Positions 14,385 through 28,798 of a stretch of DNA of 64,000 nucleotides are shown piece after piece. Origin of the DNA: Octopus vulgaris. Its lineage: Eukaryota. The position numbers and the translations under genes were made by a program. The stretch is from positions 123,070,001 to 123,134,000 of the forward strand of contig OX597818.1 in the NCBI GenBank assembly GCA_951406725.2, in the 5' to 3' direction. The notes beneath the pieces were generated by a model, which ran no database searches, had not been told where the DNA came from, and was given only the letters and a program-made list of their open reading frames with translations. Within the stretch, counting starts at the first letter, position 1. Each line of letters opens with the position of its first letter.

Positions 14385-14775
14385 AATGAAGAAAAAGAAG
14401 AAGTAGAAGAAGAAGAAGAAGAAGAAGAAGAAGAAGAAGAAGAAGAAGAAGAAGAAGAAAAAGAAGAAGAAGAAGAAGAAGAAGAAAAAGAAAAAGAAAA
14501 AGAAGGAAGAAGAAGAAGAAGAAGAAGAAGAAGAAAAAGAAAAAGAAAAAGAAGGAAGAAGAAAAAGAAGAAGGAGAAAAAGAAAAAAGAAAAAGAAGGA
14601 AGAAGAAAAAGAAGAAAAAGAAGAGAGAAGAAGTAGAAGAAAAAGAAGAAAGAAGAAGAAGAAGAAGAAGAAGAAGAAGAAAGAAGAAGAAGAAGAAGAA
14701 GAAGAAGAAAGAAGAAAGAAGAAGAAGAAGAAGAAGAAGAAGAAGAAGAAGAAGAAGAAGAAGAAGAAGAAAGAT
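14385..14775. repeat. (GAA)n polypurine tract, ~390 bp
   Basis: Direct reading; almost purely purine. Confidence 0.97.
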
Positions 14776-15273
14776 GATACAGATGAATGGGAAATTTAAA
14801 AAGAAGATTGAAAGAAAGGTGAAGTTGAAGAGTATAAAGAAAAAAGAAATGAAAAAGAAATGAAAAAGAAGAGAAAAAGAAGGAGGAGCAGGCAGAGGAA
14901 AAAATGGCGATCAATATAAACGCATGAAGCAGTCACATGCATTCGCGTACATATACGTAACATACTGACATAAAAATGACTGAGAGAGAGAGAGAGATAG
15001 ACAGAGATTGACAGACAGACTGACAGAAAGAGCAGAGATAAATACAGTAATAGAGCTGAAGAGAAAAAAAAAGAAGAGAGATATAATTAGAACTGTCTAC
15101 ATACAAGCTTTATAAGATGTATCAAAAGATCCCGATTTTCTTGTAATTGCTATAAGGAAATGTTTTCTATTTACTTATTATCAACATTGCTTGCGCAAGA
15201 CAAGAGATGCTGCTGAATCTTGACTGCGGTCCAGTTTCAATATCCATGTAAGACCAGTTTCAGTTGCTATATA

Positions 15274-15590
15274 CAGGCATGGGTGTGTGGTTAAGATGCT
15301 TGCTTTGCAATCACAAGGTTTCGAGTTTAGTTTCCACTTTCCAGCACCTTGGACTCTACTCTTCTACTGTAGACTTCTGCGGAGCTACAGTCTTCTACTT
15401 ATAACTCGGTGGCGCGTAATGTGTTGCGAGTGAATTTGGTAGACGGAAACTGTGTGGAAGCTCATCGTATATGTGTATGTGTGTCTGTGCGTGTATGTGT
15501 GTGTCTGTGTATGTGTACGTGTGTGTGTGTATGTGCGTGTGTGTGCATGTGTATATTTACGGTTATCCCTCACCACCACTTCACAACCAG
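15274..15590 (+). mobile_element. SINE family D, diverged
   Basis: GGGTGTGTGGTTAAGATGCTTGCT head; GAATTTGGTAGACGGAAACTG body. Confidence 0.75.
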
Positions 15591-15613
15591 TATATATAGA
15601 TATATAGATATAT

Positions 15614-15778
15614 ACGATGAGCTTCTCTCAGTTTCCATCTACCAATTCCACTCACAAGGCTTTGGTCGGCTCGAGGCTATAATAGAAGACACGTGCCCAA
15701 GGTGCCACGCAGTGGGTCTGAACCTAGAACCATATGGTTCGCAAGCAGGCTACTTACCACACAGCCACTCCTGCGCCT
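15614..15778 (-). mobile_element. SINE family D 5' half
   Basis: Ends ...CCACACAGCCACTCCTGCGCCT on the plus strand. Confidence 0.85.
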
Positions 15779-15921
15779 ATACTGTGATTGTTACAAGAAA
15801 TTGTTATCTATTCATTTATTATTGCATTATCAACATTTCAAACGCAATCCAACAAATAATGGTCAAGCCTGTCTGCAACCCAGTTTCAATTCTCATGTAA
15901 GGCAATTTTAAATTCACAACT

Positions 15922-16133
15922 GAAGGGGTGTCGAAAAGTTCCTGGCTTTAAGAGTATTTGCAAAAGACCCGGTTGGAGGTCCAACTCTTCCAGTTGTATT
16001 ACAGGGTTTAGAAAAACTGAAGGACAGCTGAAGTAAGTGAATCCGAGAGGAAAATATATTCAAGAAAATAAAAACTAACTGATCTTCCTCTACTTTCTTT
16101 TATGCAAAGCCAGGAACCTTTCAGCACCCTCTC
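15922..16133 (+). mobile_element. Mariner-derived MITE
   Basis: TIRs GGGGTGTCGAAAAGTTCCTGGCTTT / AAAGCCAGGAACCTTTCAGCACCC. Interior reads GLEKLKDS*SK, like a decayed mariner transposase C-terminus. Confidence 0.7.
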
Positions 16134-16340
16134 CTATATTCACTGTAGACGGATCGCCACAGTTTCGACGATGGGTTTTTCGTTGTTCGATTAACCAAAA
16201 AACTTATTTATTAAATTAGTTTGCACATAGCTGAATGTGTGAGAGGTGTGCGTAATCCTTAACGTAAATACTCGTGCAATTTACCGATGTCACTGAGATT
16301 ACAGTCCTATAAATGTTTTCGACGAAGCAAAATTGGTATC

Positions 16341-17254
16341 TATTCCAACTAAATCACAGATTTTTTTACTGCGTTTTTTTTTTTTAACTAAACAGTTTGA
16401 AAGTTCGAATACTGGTAGAATTTCTCACGTAGAACACGGTTTACTCTGAACGATTTTGACAAAATTTGGTATTTTAGAAGTTATTTCGTTTAAAAGTTGT
16501 CGTATTTGGGTAATTTCAACCAATCAACGAAGTGTATTCGGTTCATGAAAGCTACAACGTTTTGCGATAGTAATCGATGAGGAACAACTTCCGGGTCATC
16601 TCTACTAAATGTCACCACTCTGTTCGAAGAATCGCAGCTAGCTTTTTTTGTTATTGACATATATGTAGTTTCAAAATGCCATATTTTACTACAATGAGTT
16701 ATATTGTTATTGTCCTGATTTTATCTTACTATAATCAACAACACATTTCGGCAATATAAAAGTCTTTATTGGATAAAAAATGACATTATCAAAACACGAA
16801 GGTAAAACAAAACAAATAGCGGCTTATATACCGGAAAATACGGTAATTGTAGTGGCAGTGACAAATTCACCCGCTTGTTGCTAGTTGATAGTGTAGAAGG
16901 GAGAGAAAGAGTAAGGAATGCACGGAGTAGACTAGAAAGGATGAAAGGATAAAGGTGGTTCGCTCGCCATACGAATAGAACAGAGTGGTGACATTTAGTA
17001 GAGATGACCCGGAAATTGTTCCTCTTCGATTACTATCGCAAACAGCAGTAGCTTTCTCCAATCGAATACACGTCGTTTATTGGTTGAAATTACCCAAATA
17101 CCACATCTTTAAAACGAAATAACTTCTAAAATACCAAATTTTGTCGAAAACGTTCAGAGGAAACCGTGTTCTACATGAGAATTTCTACCAGTATTCGAAG
17201 TTTCAAACTATTTAGTTAAAAAATTAATTAAAAATCTATGACTGAGATGGAATA
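16341..17254. mobile_element. Non-autonomous DNA transposon with ~280-bp inverted arms
   Basis: 16341-16625 is the imperfect reverse complement of 16978-17254; ~350-bp non-coding spacer. Confidence 0.85.
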
Positions 17255-17604
17255 AATCCAAAAATTATCGCTTATATCAGAAACCAATGAGGAAATATAA
17301 GTAAACTGCTTGAAACAGTAGCCATATTTTCCTTATATCACACACGCATATAAAACTGTTATATGGATATATTTGATAATATACTTCTAAATTTATTAAT
17401 TTACTTATTCCTGTATTCCTTTATTTATTTATTTAAGTGTTTTATTTATTTATTTACTTATTTATGTCTTAATTTGTATGTTGTTGTGTACATTTATCTG
17501 TAACTGGAAAGTTCTAGAAACGTAACTGCTTTTTCTTAGCAGAAGTTGAGAGCCACATACCCAACTTTTCTCCATTTGGAGGTGGAGAAAGGATACTGTA
17601 AGAT

Positions 17605-17665
17605 GGGAAGGAAGGAAGGAAGGAAGGAAGGAAGAAGGAAAGAAAGGAAGAAGGAAAGGAAGGAA

Positions 17666-17697
<32 letters not shown>

Positions 17698-17838
17698 AAA
17701 AGAAAGGAAGGAAGGAAGAAGGAAAGAAAGAAAGGAAGAAAGGAAGGAAGGAAGGAAGGAAAGAAAGAAGGAAGGAAAGAAAGAAAGGCAGAAAGGAAGG
17801 AAGGAAGGAAGGAAGGAAGGAAGGAAGAAAGGAAGGAA
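17605..17838. repeat. (GGAA)n/(GAAA)n polypurine tract
   Basis: Direct reading. Confidence 0.97.
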
Positions 17839-18219
17839 TAGACAGACAACCAGGCAGCCAGACACACGCAGGCATATATGCAGGCAGGTATAGAGACGAG
17901 AAGGTAGACGGAATAATCATCTCCAGTACTTCTCTGCTTATTCAATTATTATCTCCCGAAAGATCAAATGCAATGTCGACCAGAGTGCAATTTGAAATCA
18001 GAGTGCAGAGAGCTAGAATAAAAGAAGTGTGTATAAACGAAAGGTTCGTCATCGAGTTATCGAATGACTTGCCCTAAAGTCACCCTCAGTTTTACAGTAA
18101 GTTTCTATGTAAGTGGTTTCGAAAAAGCGCGGGCTAAAACTACGCGCCTTCACTACTCAGTTAAGGTGAGACAGTGTCACGTGACAACTTGCTGGGGCTG
18201 CCTGCTGGAGAATATGCGG

Positions 18220-18495
18220 CAGGTATTTAAAGGGAAAAATTTGACGAGACAGTCAGTCACCGGCTGACACTCGCTGACGATACATCGAAGAGGCCAGGGA
18301 ACAGAAGAAAGAAGACATGCACCCAACACCGGAGCTGAAGACACCTCCGAAAGGTGGGGCCCCGCCACGTCAAAACGTTAGAGGAGTAGGGGCCGAAAGC
18401 GGACGTGGTTCCTCCTGATGATGTCTTGAGCCAACTGGATCCTATAAAGGAGCTGTTGTGGTAGCAGACCAGGAAACACGGTTGTAATTCCCCCC
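18220..18495. repeat. Unclassified GC-rich interspersed repeat, copy 1
   Basis: Aligns closely with 39848-40133. Confidence 0.85.
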
Positions 18496-18951
18496 ACTAG
18501 TCACCAGCTTATCGTTTCTAGGTAATCCTCAGAGTGTGAACGAGACAAGAAAGGAAATAAACGAACCATACCTAGAATCTGGTTGGTACTTTATTTATTA
18601 AGCTCCGTAAGACGGTGAATTAGCAAAGTCATTAGAACGATGGGTAGGATGTTTTGCATTTGTTGTTCTGGTACTCGGCGATCTTAATACAAACCCCCAC
18701 CGAGATCAACTTAACTTCTCATTCTTCTTGCGTCGATAAAACTAGTACTAATCCAATGTAGCGTATTGAGGGAACTGTAAGAACGATGCCTTACAAACTA
18801 TTTTCCAGCTCCTTGCGTTCTGAGTTCAAATCCCACTGCGATCAACTTGGCAAAATCTCTCTCACTTTTGAGCTTTTATCGCAAGAGACCATTCTGTTGC
18901 AAAAATTTGGTCCCTGTTTCCAGTTTGAGAATACTGTGCTCATTCCTTACT

Positions 18952-19298
18952 GGATGGAAGCACTCCGTCGGTTACGACGACGAGGGTTCCGGTTGATCCG
19001 AATCAACGGAACAGCCTGCTCGTGAAATTAACGTGTAAGTTCTCGGGGATATTCAGCGTGACACAGAGAGTGACAAGGCCGGCCCTTTGAAATACAGGTA
19101 CGACAGAAACAGGAAGTAAGAGTGAGAGAAAGTTGTGGCGAAAGAGTACAGCAGGGATCACCACAATCCCCTGCCGGAACCTCGTGGAGCTTTAGGTGTT
19201 TTCGCTCAATAAACACTCACCACGCCCGGTCTGGGAATCGAAACCGCGATCCTATGACCGCGAGTCCGCTGCCCTAACCACTGGGCCATTGCGCCTCC
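18952..19298 (-). mobile_element. tRNA-derived SINE, head type 1 with tail A
   Basis: Matches 28148-28531 with a small internal deletion. 13-bp TSD CTCAT(T/C)CCTTACT at 18939-18951 and 19299-19311. Confidence 0.92.
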
Positions 19299-19973
19299 CT
19301 CATCCCTTACTACCAGAAACAGAAGCCCTGGAAGCTCATGTGCACTGCTCTATCTCATGCCTAATAAAAAAACGTAAACCAGTTAAAACACAAGGATGAC
19401 TCACAAATCATGAATATAGGAATAAATGCAGCAAGAATATTGTATTCAATGAGTTCTTGATTCTGCTAATTTGCCTAGTTTTACATAGGGCGATATTACA
19501 GCGATATTTATTTAAGATGAAAGGGTACTTTTATTTCGAGAGACAGAGAGAGAGAGAGACAGAGAGACAGAGGAAAGAGGAAAGGAAGAAAGAGCTGCAC
19601 AGACACCCAACTGGAATTCATTTACAACTGAGTAGACAGGAGCAGCGCGAAATGAGGTGCCTTGCTTAAAAATACAAAAGCCGCCCGCGCCAGGAATTGA
19701 ATGTCATACGGCTTCACAGCTTGTCAGTATAAACTGCGTAATTGTTATGTTTTAGTTTTGGATAAGTGTTTGATGGTTATCTGACATGCTTTGAGAGCTG
19801 ATGTGTGTGCATTTTTTTTTCTACTTTCATGTCCAATACCGCGTACTTAGCCAAGATAATTTGCAGCTTATTTATGGGAGGGAGAAATATGTAGAAAAAA
19901 AACAAGTTGCAATAAGGCTATATGTATCCTAATTATTTATTTTTTACTCCTCCTCTTCTGCCTCCTTCTCCAC

Positions 19974-19974
<1 letters not shown>

Positions 19975-20042
<68 letters not shown>

Positions 20043-20064
20043 GTCGTCGTCGTTGTCGTCGTCG

Positions 20065-20134
<70 letters not shown>

Positions 20135-20151
20135 TATTATTACTAGTTATT

Positions 20152-20199
<48 letters not shown>

Positions 20200-20235
20200 A
20201 CGGTGGTGGTGATCGTGGTGGTGGTGGTGGTGGTG
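19975..20235. repeat. Compound trinucleotide microsatellite (CAT/CGT/TAG/GGT)
   Basis: Direct reading. Confidence 0.97.
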
Positions 20236-20992
20236 GCCATCTCCTTTATTCAATAACCAATCCAGAAATATACCTAGGTACATTGATGTTCATGACAAGT
20301 AATAGTATATAATAATGAGCGTAATAAAAGAGAGGGGAAATTACAATTTAAAAAAAAATAATAACAACAGCGAGTAAGAAAAATAGAGAAAGAAGAGGGT
20401 ATGTGTGTGTGAGAGAGAGAGAGAGAGAGAAAGAGAGTGAGAAATGATAATAAAGAGATGCATGAGAAATATTGTAATTCTAAAAGAAAGACAGGTGGGG
20501 GAGAAATGAGGGAGTGAAAGAGAGAGGCAGAGAGAGAGAGTTACAGACTGGTTATTAAATAAGTATATTTTCATTGGCTATTCATACATTACCGGGTTAT
20601 TTAGATAAAAAGCAACAGGATGTATGATAGGAGCGCCATGTTAAAAACATCTGATATTAGCCTCTTGGGTAAATTCATTTCCGTATTATCTTTTCAAAAA
20701 TTATGAAAAATAATGTGTATTTTTCAACATTGCTGGGTTTATTACATAAGGTGTTGTTGTTGTTGTTGTTGTTGTAAATATTGTTATTGTTTTATAAATG
20801 TTACACAAATAGCATCTTACATTTATTTTCCAGCGTGCTTGAAATCAATATCTCGAGGGGAAAATATGGTTGAAAAATACAATACGTGGTGTTGCTTGAC
20901 TGAGAAAACTTATATAACCCAAAAACTGCCACGCAGTTTCTTTTTCTCCGCTCTCCGCTCTCCGCCTCTCTTTACATATGAGTGTATGTGTG

Positions 20993-21048
<56 letters not shown>

Positions 21049-21155
21049 CAAACAGACATACATACTCTGAAACACACGCACGTATATATGAGTATGGGCA
21101 TATGTTTTTAATGTAAGTGTGCACACATACATAATATGCACATACGCTCATATGT

Positions 21156-21222
<67 letters not shown>

Positions 21223-21786
21223 GTTTATGATTTATTATGTTTTAGCAGAGCATGATTTCACATCTGAACATTCAAACATTTATCTACACCTACACATACA
21301 TGTGTGTGGGGGTGCGTATGTATTTGCGCACGCGTGCCCGAGTGTTTTTGCGTGTGTATAAGATATATTGTAAATATGCATGGAAAACAGACAGATAGGG
21401 AAGCTGACTGGCAAATAAACTATTATACTATAAAACCTGATATCCAATGAATGACATTGGAGAGTTTTAGACATCTTTTTCATGCGTTCGAGATATTGGT
21501 GCCCCCACAGCCCGGCACTCCCATAGTCCTAAGCTTCTGACCCATATTTGCATTAGATATGTTGTCCCGACTTGTCTCTGGTGCATGTCAATAGGGTCGA
21601 AAGCGCCTATGATGCAATGTGCATCATTCAATGGACCTAAAATTTTACATAAACATTTCTGATATTTTGCATAGGAAATGGTCAGTGATGATCATCCTCG
21701 GTCACGCATGGACATCCTCATCATCATCATAATCCTCCTCCTCTTCCTCCTCCTCCTCCTCCTCCTCATCATCATCATGTATATAT

Positions 21787-21837
<51 letters not shown>

Positions 21838-21916
21838 CTAGAAAACCCTTCACCGTCGTTCACCAGCATGGCCACTGTCAAATGACTGAAACAAGTAAAA
21901 GAATAGAAGAATGAAA

Positions 21917-22008
<92 letters not shown>

Positions 22009-22129
22009 ACGAATACACTCGAGTCCTCAGCTTCTAGAGAACTACTGAAGCTGAAGCCAACATTGTAGTTTGATGGAGCACTAGCTTCAAAAATCATCAT
22101 CCCACTCTGGACATAACTGTCTCAAGTCA

Positions 22130-22310
22130 CATGGTTTCCATCACTAATAGGTGACCTTGAACGGGCAAGTAGTCCGTTGCAGTGATAATTATTTACAACT
22201 GAGCGGATTGGAGCAACGTGAAACGCAGTATTTTCGTCAAGAACGTAACCATCCGCCCCTTCCCTCGGGCCGGGACTAGAAACTACGATCCTTCGATCAC
22301 TAGACCACGC
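22130..22310 (-). mobile_element. Diverged SINE family F
   Basis: CTGAGCGGATTGGAGCAACGTGAAAC matches the reverse complement of the 4746 body. Confidence 0.55.
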
Positions 22311-23324
22311 TTGTGTATCCTTATAATTCTTGCAACTAAGTGAACTCCAGTTATGTCGCTCAAGATAAGATAATTCGGGGGGGGGGCATATTGGATCTCC
22401 TACCAGTGTAGGCATCGGCGGGATTTGAATCTAAAAGTCAAAAATCTAGTACTGATACGTCATATCATTATTCGACGCCCATTTGGAATAGACTTACGAT
22501 TTTGAAGAAAATTTTCGTGCCAGTACACATGGGGAAGGACTTTAGATAAAGAATTACCTTCTCTTTATAAATCGTTCATGTTCTGTTCCGTTGCATGTAA
22601 GTATTATTACATTACTTGCACAACAAATACACGCATGTGTCCATAATATATACACGAATCATATGCATTTAACACTGACTGCTGGAATATTTGCTGAGCG
22701 TCTGTAACCGGGTTTACATTTAATATGTGGTATACACCTATTCTAGCTTTTCGCGGGCCCGCCAGCGATGTGGAATGGTGAATTAATCATAGTTGAAAAG
22801 AAATGACTGCATCTACCAGAATTTACAGACGTGCAGAAACAGTGGAGAGAATGTAAAGTGTTCAGAGTGCATTACTGCAACTCACACAATAAGTAATTGC
22901 GTGTCGAATTGTGCAGGATAGTTTTTCAAATAAGCGGAGACGTGGGTCTACAGATCAAGGCTATTGAAGAGGACAAAACAACCTGCATGTCATTCGTCTG
23001 TGACCTCAGGGTTGACTTGAAGTTTACATATCAGCAACAATTACGTCTACAACAACTACGGCAAAAGAACATCATCAACTCCGATAGCAACATCAACAAT
23101 AACTATAGTAAAGACAACTAGCATTACCTGAATGAACTAGACTAATGAGTGTTAGGTGGTTTTACTATCAAAGCAAATCAACGTGTATGAAATGATACAA
23201 AAACTACTGATGACGAATATCAATCATATCCTTCTTATAGGGTCAACTTGTATGCTTCTAAGTATTTACTATACCTCTTATAAATAGCTAACAAGTCTGC
23301 AACAAGTCATATTCTTTTTAATAT

Positions 23325-23825
<501 letters not shown>

Positions 23826-24439
23826 ATATCTTGCATTTAAAAATATAAGTGGCGCATTAATTAGTTCATCTGCCTGAAATATGATACAGAAAGATAGAAA
23901 TAAGTGAGACCGAATGAAGAGAATACAGCCAACAGGAAAAAATAATAATAGTTTCATTTGAGATTATTGTGTTGTCGATGCAAAAACCTATTTAGCATCT
24001 GTTCAGGCCATCGACATATGTCTGTTCAGACCCGGAAAAGATGTTTCCGAGGACAACAGGTAGTTACCCATACATTCATGTCTCCATAGCCATTAGGAAT
24101 GTCGCTGACTTGAGTAGATACATTTTTGCACCAGTGTTATCGCAGGCACTATTGCCAGAATGCAAAGGTCTGAATCAAACAATGCGAGTTATTCCTCCCG
24201 ACACTTTAATAGTTCCGCCAAATCCTCACTCCTAGACTGGTATTTTCTATCACCCCCGAAAAGCTGAAAGGAATATTTGACTTCGGTAGGCATGTTTGAA
24301 CTCAGTGCTTAGAGAATTACAACAAATACTACAAGGTATGCAACACTAATAATTCTGCTAATTCATTGCCTTAACATAATACTGAGAATGTAAACAATAT
24401 TATCAATAAATTAGCGATCAATCAGCCCAGAGACAGGCA

Positions 24440-24802
24440 ATATGCCGTGGTCATCTCATTCTTGCTCACAACATCATAAGCGGAAAGTGTAACCTCTCGA
24501 AAGAGCTGTTCTTCACTCCTGCTCCAGAGCGTCGGCTGCGGGGTCACTCCGAAGAGCTCTATCTGCGACGATTTCATCTCAATCGAAGGAGAGGGGCTTT
24601 CTCCGTCCGGGTTGCGGATCCGTGGAATAAGCTGCCGGACGAGATGGTGAAGATGCCGACGACCGCTCGGTTCAAAGTCTCGCTTGACCACAAGTGGCCT
24701 GAACTCTTTACATGAACACCATCCTGTACATAACTCCATGTCACCCTACATAGCCTTGCTTTTTGCTTTTTGAGCCAAAAAATTAACTAACTAACTAACT
24801 AA
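24440..24802 (+). mobile_element. CR1 LINE 3' fragment with (TAAC)n tail
   Basis: From 24446 reads RGHLILAHNII...RLRGHSEEL...FSVRVADPWNKLP...FKVSLDHKW to TGA at 24713-24715. Not in the ORF track. Confidence 0.88.
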
Positions 24803-27681
24803 TATGACTCTACCATTTCATCTCGTACCACACAATTATTACCCATCCTAGCACTGTTTGTATGATTGACAAAAAATTCTTCACCTTACGGTTTCTTGTT
24901 AAATTCCTTCTGCAAGAAAATGCATCTCAGTTAGAACAGCTCCCTAAGCATGACGAGATTTATCTTTCGTCCATTTAACGCTACAAAAACCCGTATGAAG
25001 CTCCGTTCTTCTGCAGAATTGAAACTCTTAAACGATTTAATGAAATAACATGCAACAGAGAAAGAGAGCACGAAAGAAAAAGAGGAGGGAGAAGAGGAAA
25101 GCGAAAGTGGGGAAGTGACAATAGAATCAATTTAATCAAATCTGGCTCATTCGCTACAAGTTTACCTTTTCACTTATCGAAAATAATCGATAACAGGATT
25201 TCCAGTTCCTTTATAAATCTTGCTACTTTGTAAACGACCACTGCACATATTTACTCTTAAGAGCAAACGAGAAATCTTCTAGATCTTCCCTTGATTTACT
25301 AAAACCTCACAACAAAACCACCACATGATCACCCAACCTGCTAGGCAGAACAACCAAGTCTATTTAATCATATCCTACCGTTTTAAATAAGGAAAAGACG
25401 CGTTAGCTAATGCAGACCTTACATGCGCTAAAAATGACGGAATGGTAATTGCTTGAATATCTTTTGATCTTTGACAGGCTAGATCAGGCTTCATCTGTAG
25501 CTAAACAAAATGAAAACTTGCAAGATATAATAACTTGTTATTGCTTGTTTTGCTCCCATAAGAAAACTTCCACACATGTTCAGAATGAATCATTTATCTT
25601 GAAAGTCACTTTAGCTCTACGTTCAGCAAAAATATGTTATAGTTACAGTACATAGCGTGTTACAGCAAATAAAAAATAAAATAATAGAATCCATTATGTT
25701 CCACGTTATAAATATTCTCGATTCTAGTTTGATTCATAAGTATATACTGCTTCATGGATCATGTATTATTTGTTGAATATTTCGATTATGTCTTGAATTT
25801 CCTTCCATATAATAAGGCTGTGTAACACTCGAACCCATTTTATTATGTTTATCTAGATTGTGTAACACTTGAACATATTTTATTATGTCAATCGAACTGG
25901 TTTCGTTATGTTAAATATTTAAATTCTGGTTTCGATTTCCTTCCATAATTAAGACTATATAAAACCTAACACACCAGCTAGTTTCGTTATATTAAAGATT
26001 TCCGTTAGTAGGTATGAGTGTACACTGAAACGCCCATACGGATGTAACCTTATTAGAAGCGTATCACTCGTATGCACGTCATGATAAGCAATAATATCAC
26101 ATATTGTATTTATCATTGTCAACATTATCGCCATCCTCACCGTCAACATTATAACCATCGTCGTCATCATCCTCATCATCACCATCACCACAACCAACAC
26201 TACCACAACCACAACCATCATCACGATTAATGCGGTGTGTGAATGATACAAGACAACATGCAGATACGGAGTCAGTAAATCTGCTTGAAATAACAATGAA
26301 ATTACCTACAAATCACGTCTTATTGTTTCAAAAATAAAAGGAAGGAGTCAGGCGTATTCAGGTGGAATCTTATTTGTTCTGGATATGTTATATCTGAAAC
26401 GAAGACGAAATGTTCACAGTTTGAATACGTAACGTCACAGGTCAGCCAAATCTGTGCTAACCAAAGGCTTGCAAAGCAATACGTATTTAAGAAACTTTTC
26501 TCAATCTCAATCGAATTCTTCAATTTGCTTAAACTAAAACTAAAACTTTATGTATGTAGACATAACTATATGATCCTCCATTTAAAACGACGTTAATTTA
26601 GTTAGCCAATTTGTGATGATTCGCCGCTGGTCTCATTATCTGCTGCCAGGAGAAATGATGCCAAATTCTTCTTCAGTGTTCATTTGGCAACACATTGCTA
26701 TTAGTGGCATTGATATCGGTCTTGTTTTATACACAGTGTGCCAACCTATAATATAAATGTATCTTTCCCAAGATTTGTTTGTGTTTTTGAATTTTTATCT
26801 AGGTTTGATTTGATTTCTCTTCTAGCCAGTCGTGTTTGCGTTAATTAATTAAATTTGGTGCCGTTTCTCGTTGTTTTGCTATTCTATACTCTTCCGTTTT
26901 GGGGCTTTATGAAGATAAAGTATTTTAATGATGTTTACGTAGAGTTACAAACGTGGCAAAAATATGGGGAAATGCTAACCCCTTACCAATATTATTAATG
27001 TTTCTGTTTATTTTGGTTGGAATAAGTAGGAATGCGTGCACTTTTACACTCTAAAAGCACGTGTATATTATTTGTGTCTGTGTCACGAGAGTATATTTAT
27101 TTGCATAAAGGTAATATATACATAAATATATATTTATATTTGTGGATGTATGGATGTATATATGTATGTATGGATGGATGTGTTGATGTGTGTATGTATG
27201 TATGTATGTATGTATGTATGTATGTATGTATGTATGTATGTATGTATGTATGTATGTATGTATGTGTGTGTGTATGTATGTATGGATGGATGGATGATTG
27301 AATAGACAGATATAGTATTTACATACGAATAATTATGTATATGTGTCTGGTGTAAAATATATAGTAATTTTAACGTATACAAGTGCATGCATAAATATTG
27401 AATATGTATATATATATATATATATATATTATATAAATATATATAGAGAGAGAGACAGAGAGAGAGAGACAGAGAGAGAGAGAGACAGAGAGAGACAGAG
27501 AGAGAGAGAGAGAGAGGGAAGATCTGAAAAATAAGGAACTTAGTTTTCACTTCCATATTATGCTTTTCATATCAACCCTGAAAAATAAATTTTCTAAAAC
27601 TCCGGAGTCTCTACTTCTACGGCATTTTGAAATAATTTGCAATTATTTTACGAATTAAAAGTATCTCTAGAAATGTAGGCA

Positions 27682-28773
27682 TTATCAGTCGAGCATATAT
27701 AGAGAACGTGCTTCCTTTATCGCCAAATTTGCTGCTGTATAGCATCTTGGGAAAGCTCCCTACATGATACCGCGTGTTAAAGAACAGCAAATGTCACAGA
27801 GCAGGCGGGTAATCTCACCTCACTCGGATGCCGAGAATGCTACATACCCGATATTTGGCCACGATTATGGATTATCAATACCATGTACTCGGATCATCTC
27901 GAAACGAAGGAAAAGGATGGTCAATGAGTTATACACAATCAGTGTTTCATAACACTCGGCGTCGGGCTGGGAGCGTTTACTGGACACTATCTCGCAGGAG
28001 AACTTGGCATATAAATAAAACACATACATTCTTTATGTGCGGCCAATAATGTTTCTTTATTCGTAATTTATTGTCCTCCCACCTGTGTTCCGCCGCAGCA
28101 CATAAGCAGATAGAATTCGTTCCATTTGCATGTAAGTAGCAGGCCAGTGGAGGCGCAATGGCCCAGTGGTTAGGGCAGCGGACTCGCGGTTGTAGGATCG
28201 CGATTTCGATTCCCAGACCGGGCGTGGTGAGTGTTTATTGAGCGAAAACACCTAAAGCTCCACGAGGTTCCGGCAGGGATGGTGGTGATCCCTGCTGTAC
28301 TCTTTCACCACAACTTTCTCTCACTCTTACTTCCTGTTTCTGTTGTACCTGTATTTCAAAGGGCCGGCCTTGTCACTCTCTGTGTCACGCTGAATATCCC
28401 CGAGAACTGCGTTAAGGGTACACGTGTCTGTGGAGTGCTCAGCCACTTACACGTTACTTTCACGAGCAGACTGTTCCGTTGATCGGATCAACCGGAACCC
28501 TCGTCGTCGTAACCGACGGAGTGCTTCCAAATAGCAGGCCAGCTTTTCACTTCGCTTCGAAATGATCCGAGTATAGGGTGCTGATATGCATTAATAATGG
28601 CGAAATATGGGTAGGTACTATTCTCGGCATCCGAGGTAAGTTGTCTCGACGTCTCTGTGATAATTGTTGTTCTTTAACATTCGGCGTCGTGTAGGGAGCT
28701 TTTCCTGCACGCTATCTACCAGCGACCTTAGCGTATAAGAAAAACATATATACAATATATGTCCAGCTGATAA
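27682..28773. mobile_element. Old foldback/MITE with ~240-bp inverted arms, interrupted by a SINE
   Basis: 27682-27920 is the imperfect reverse complement of 28540-28773 (e.g. CTCGGATGCCGAGAAT / ATTCTCGGCATCCGAG; TACTCGGATCAT / ATGATCCGAGTA). Confidence 0.8.
28148..28531 (+). mobile_element. tRNA-derived SINE, head type 1 with tail A, full length
   Basis: A box TGGCCCAGTGG and B-box-like TTCGATTCC. Perfect 11-bp TSD TAGCAGGCCAG at 28137-28147 and 28532-28542. Confidence 0.95.
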
Positions 28774-28798
28774 AATTTACAATTAGATTTATAAATAA

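Noticed and set aside
22780-23020. Cys-rich short frames and AG/GT pairs as possible exons
   Set aside because: Weak polypyrimidine tracts and no recognisable domain.
28148-28225. tRNA-like sequences at SINE heads (also 4746, 19225, 36140)
   Set aside because: No complete cloverleaf; they continue into SINE bodies and have TSDs.
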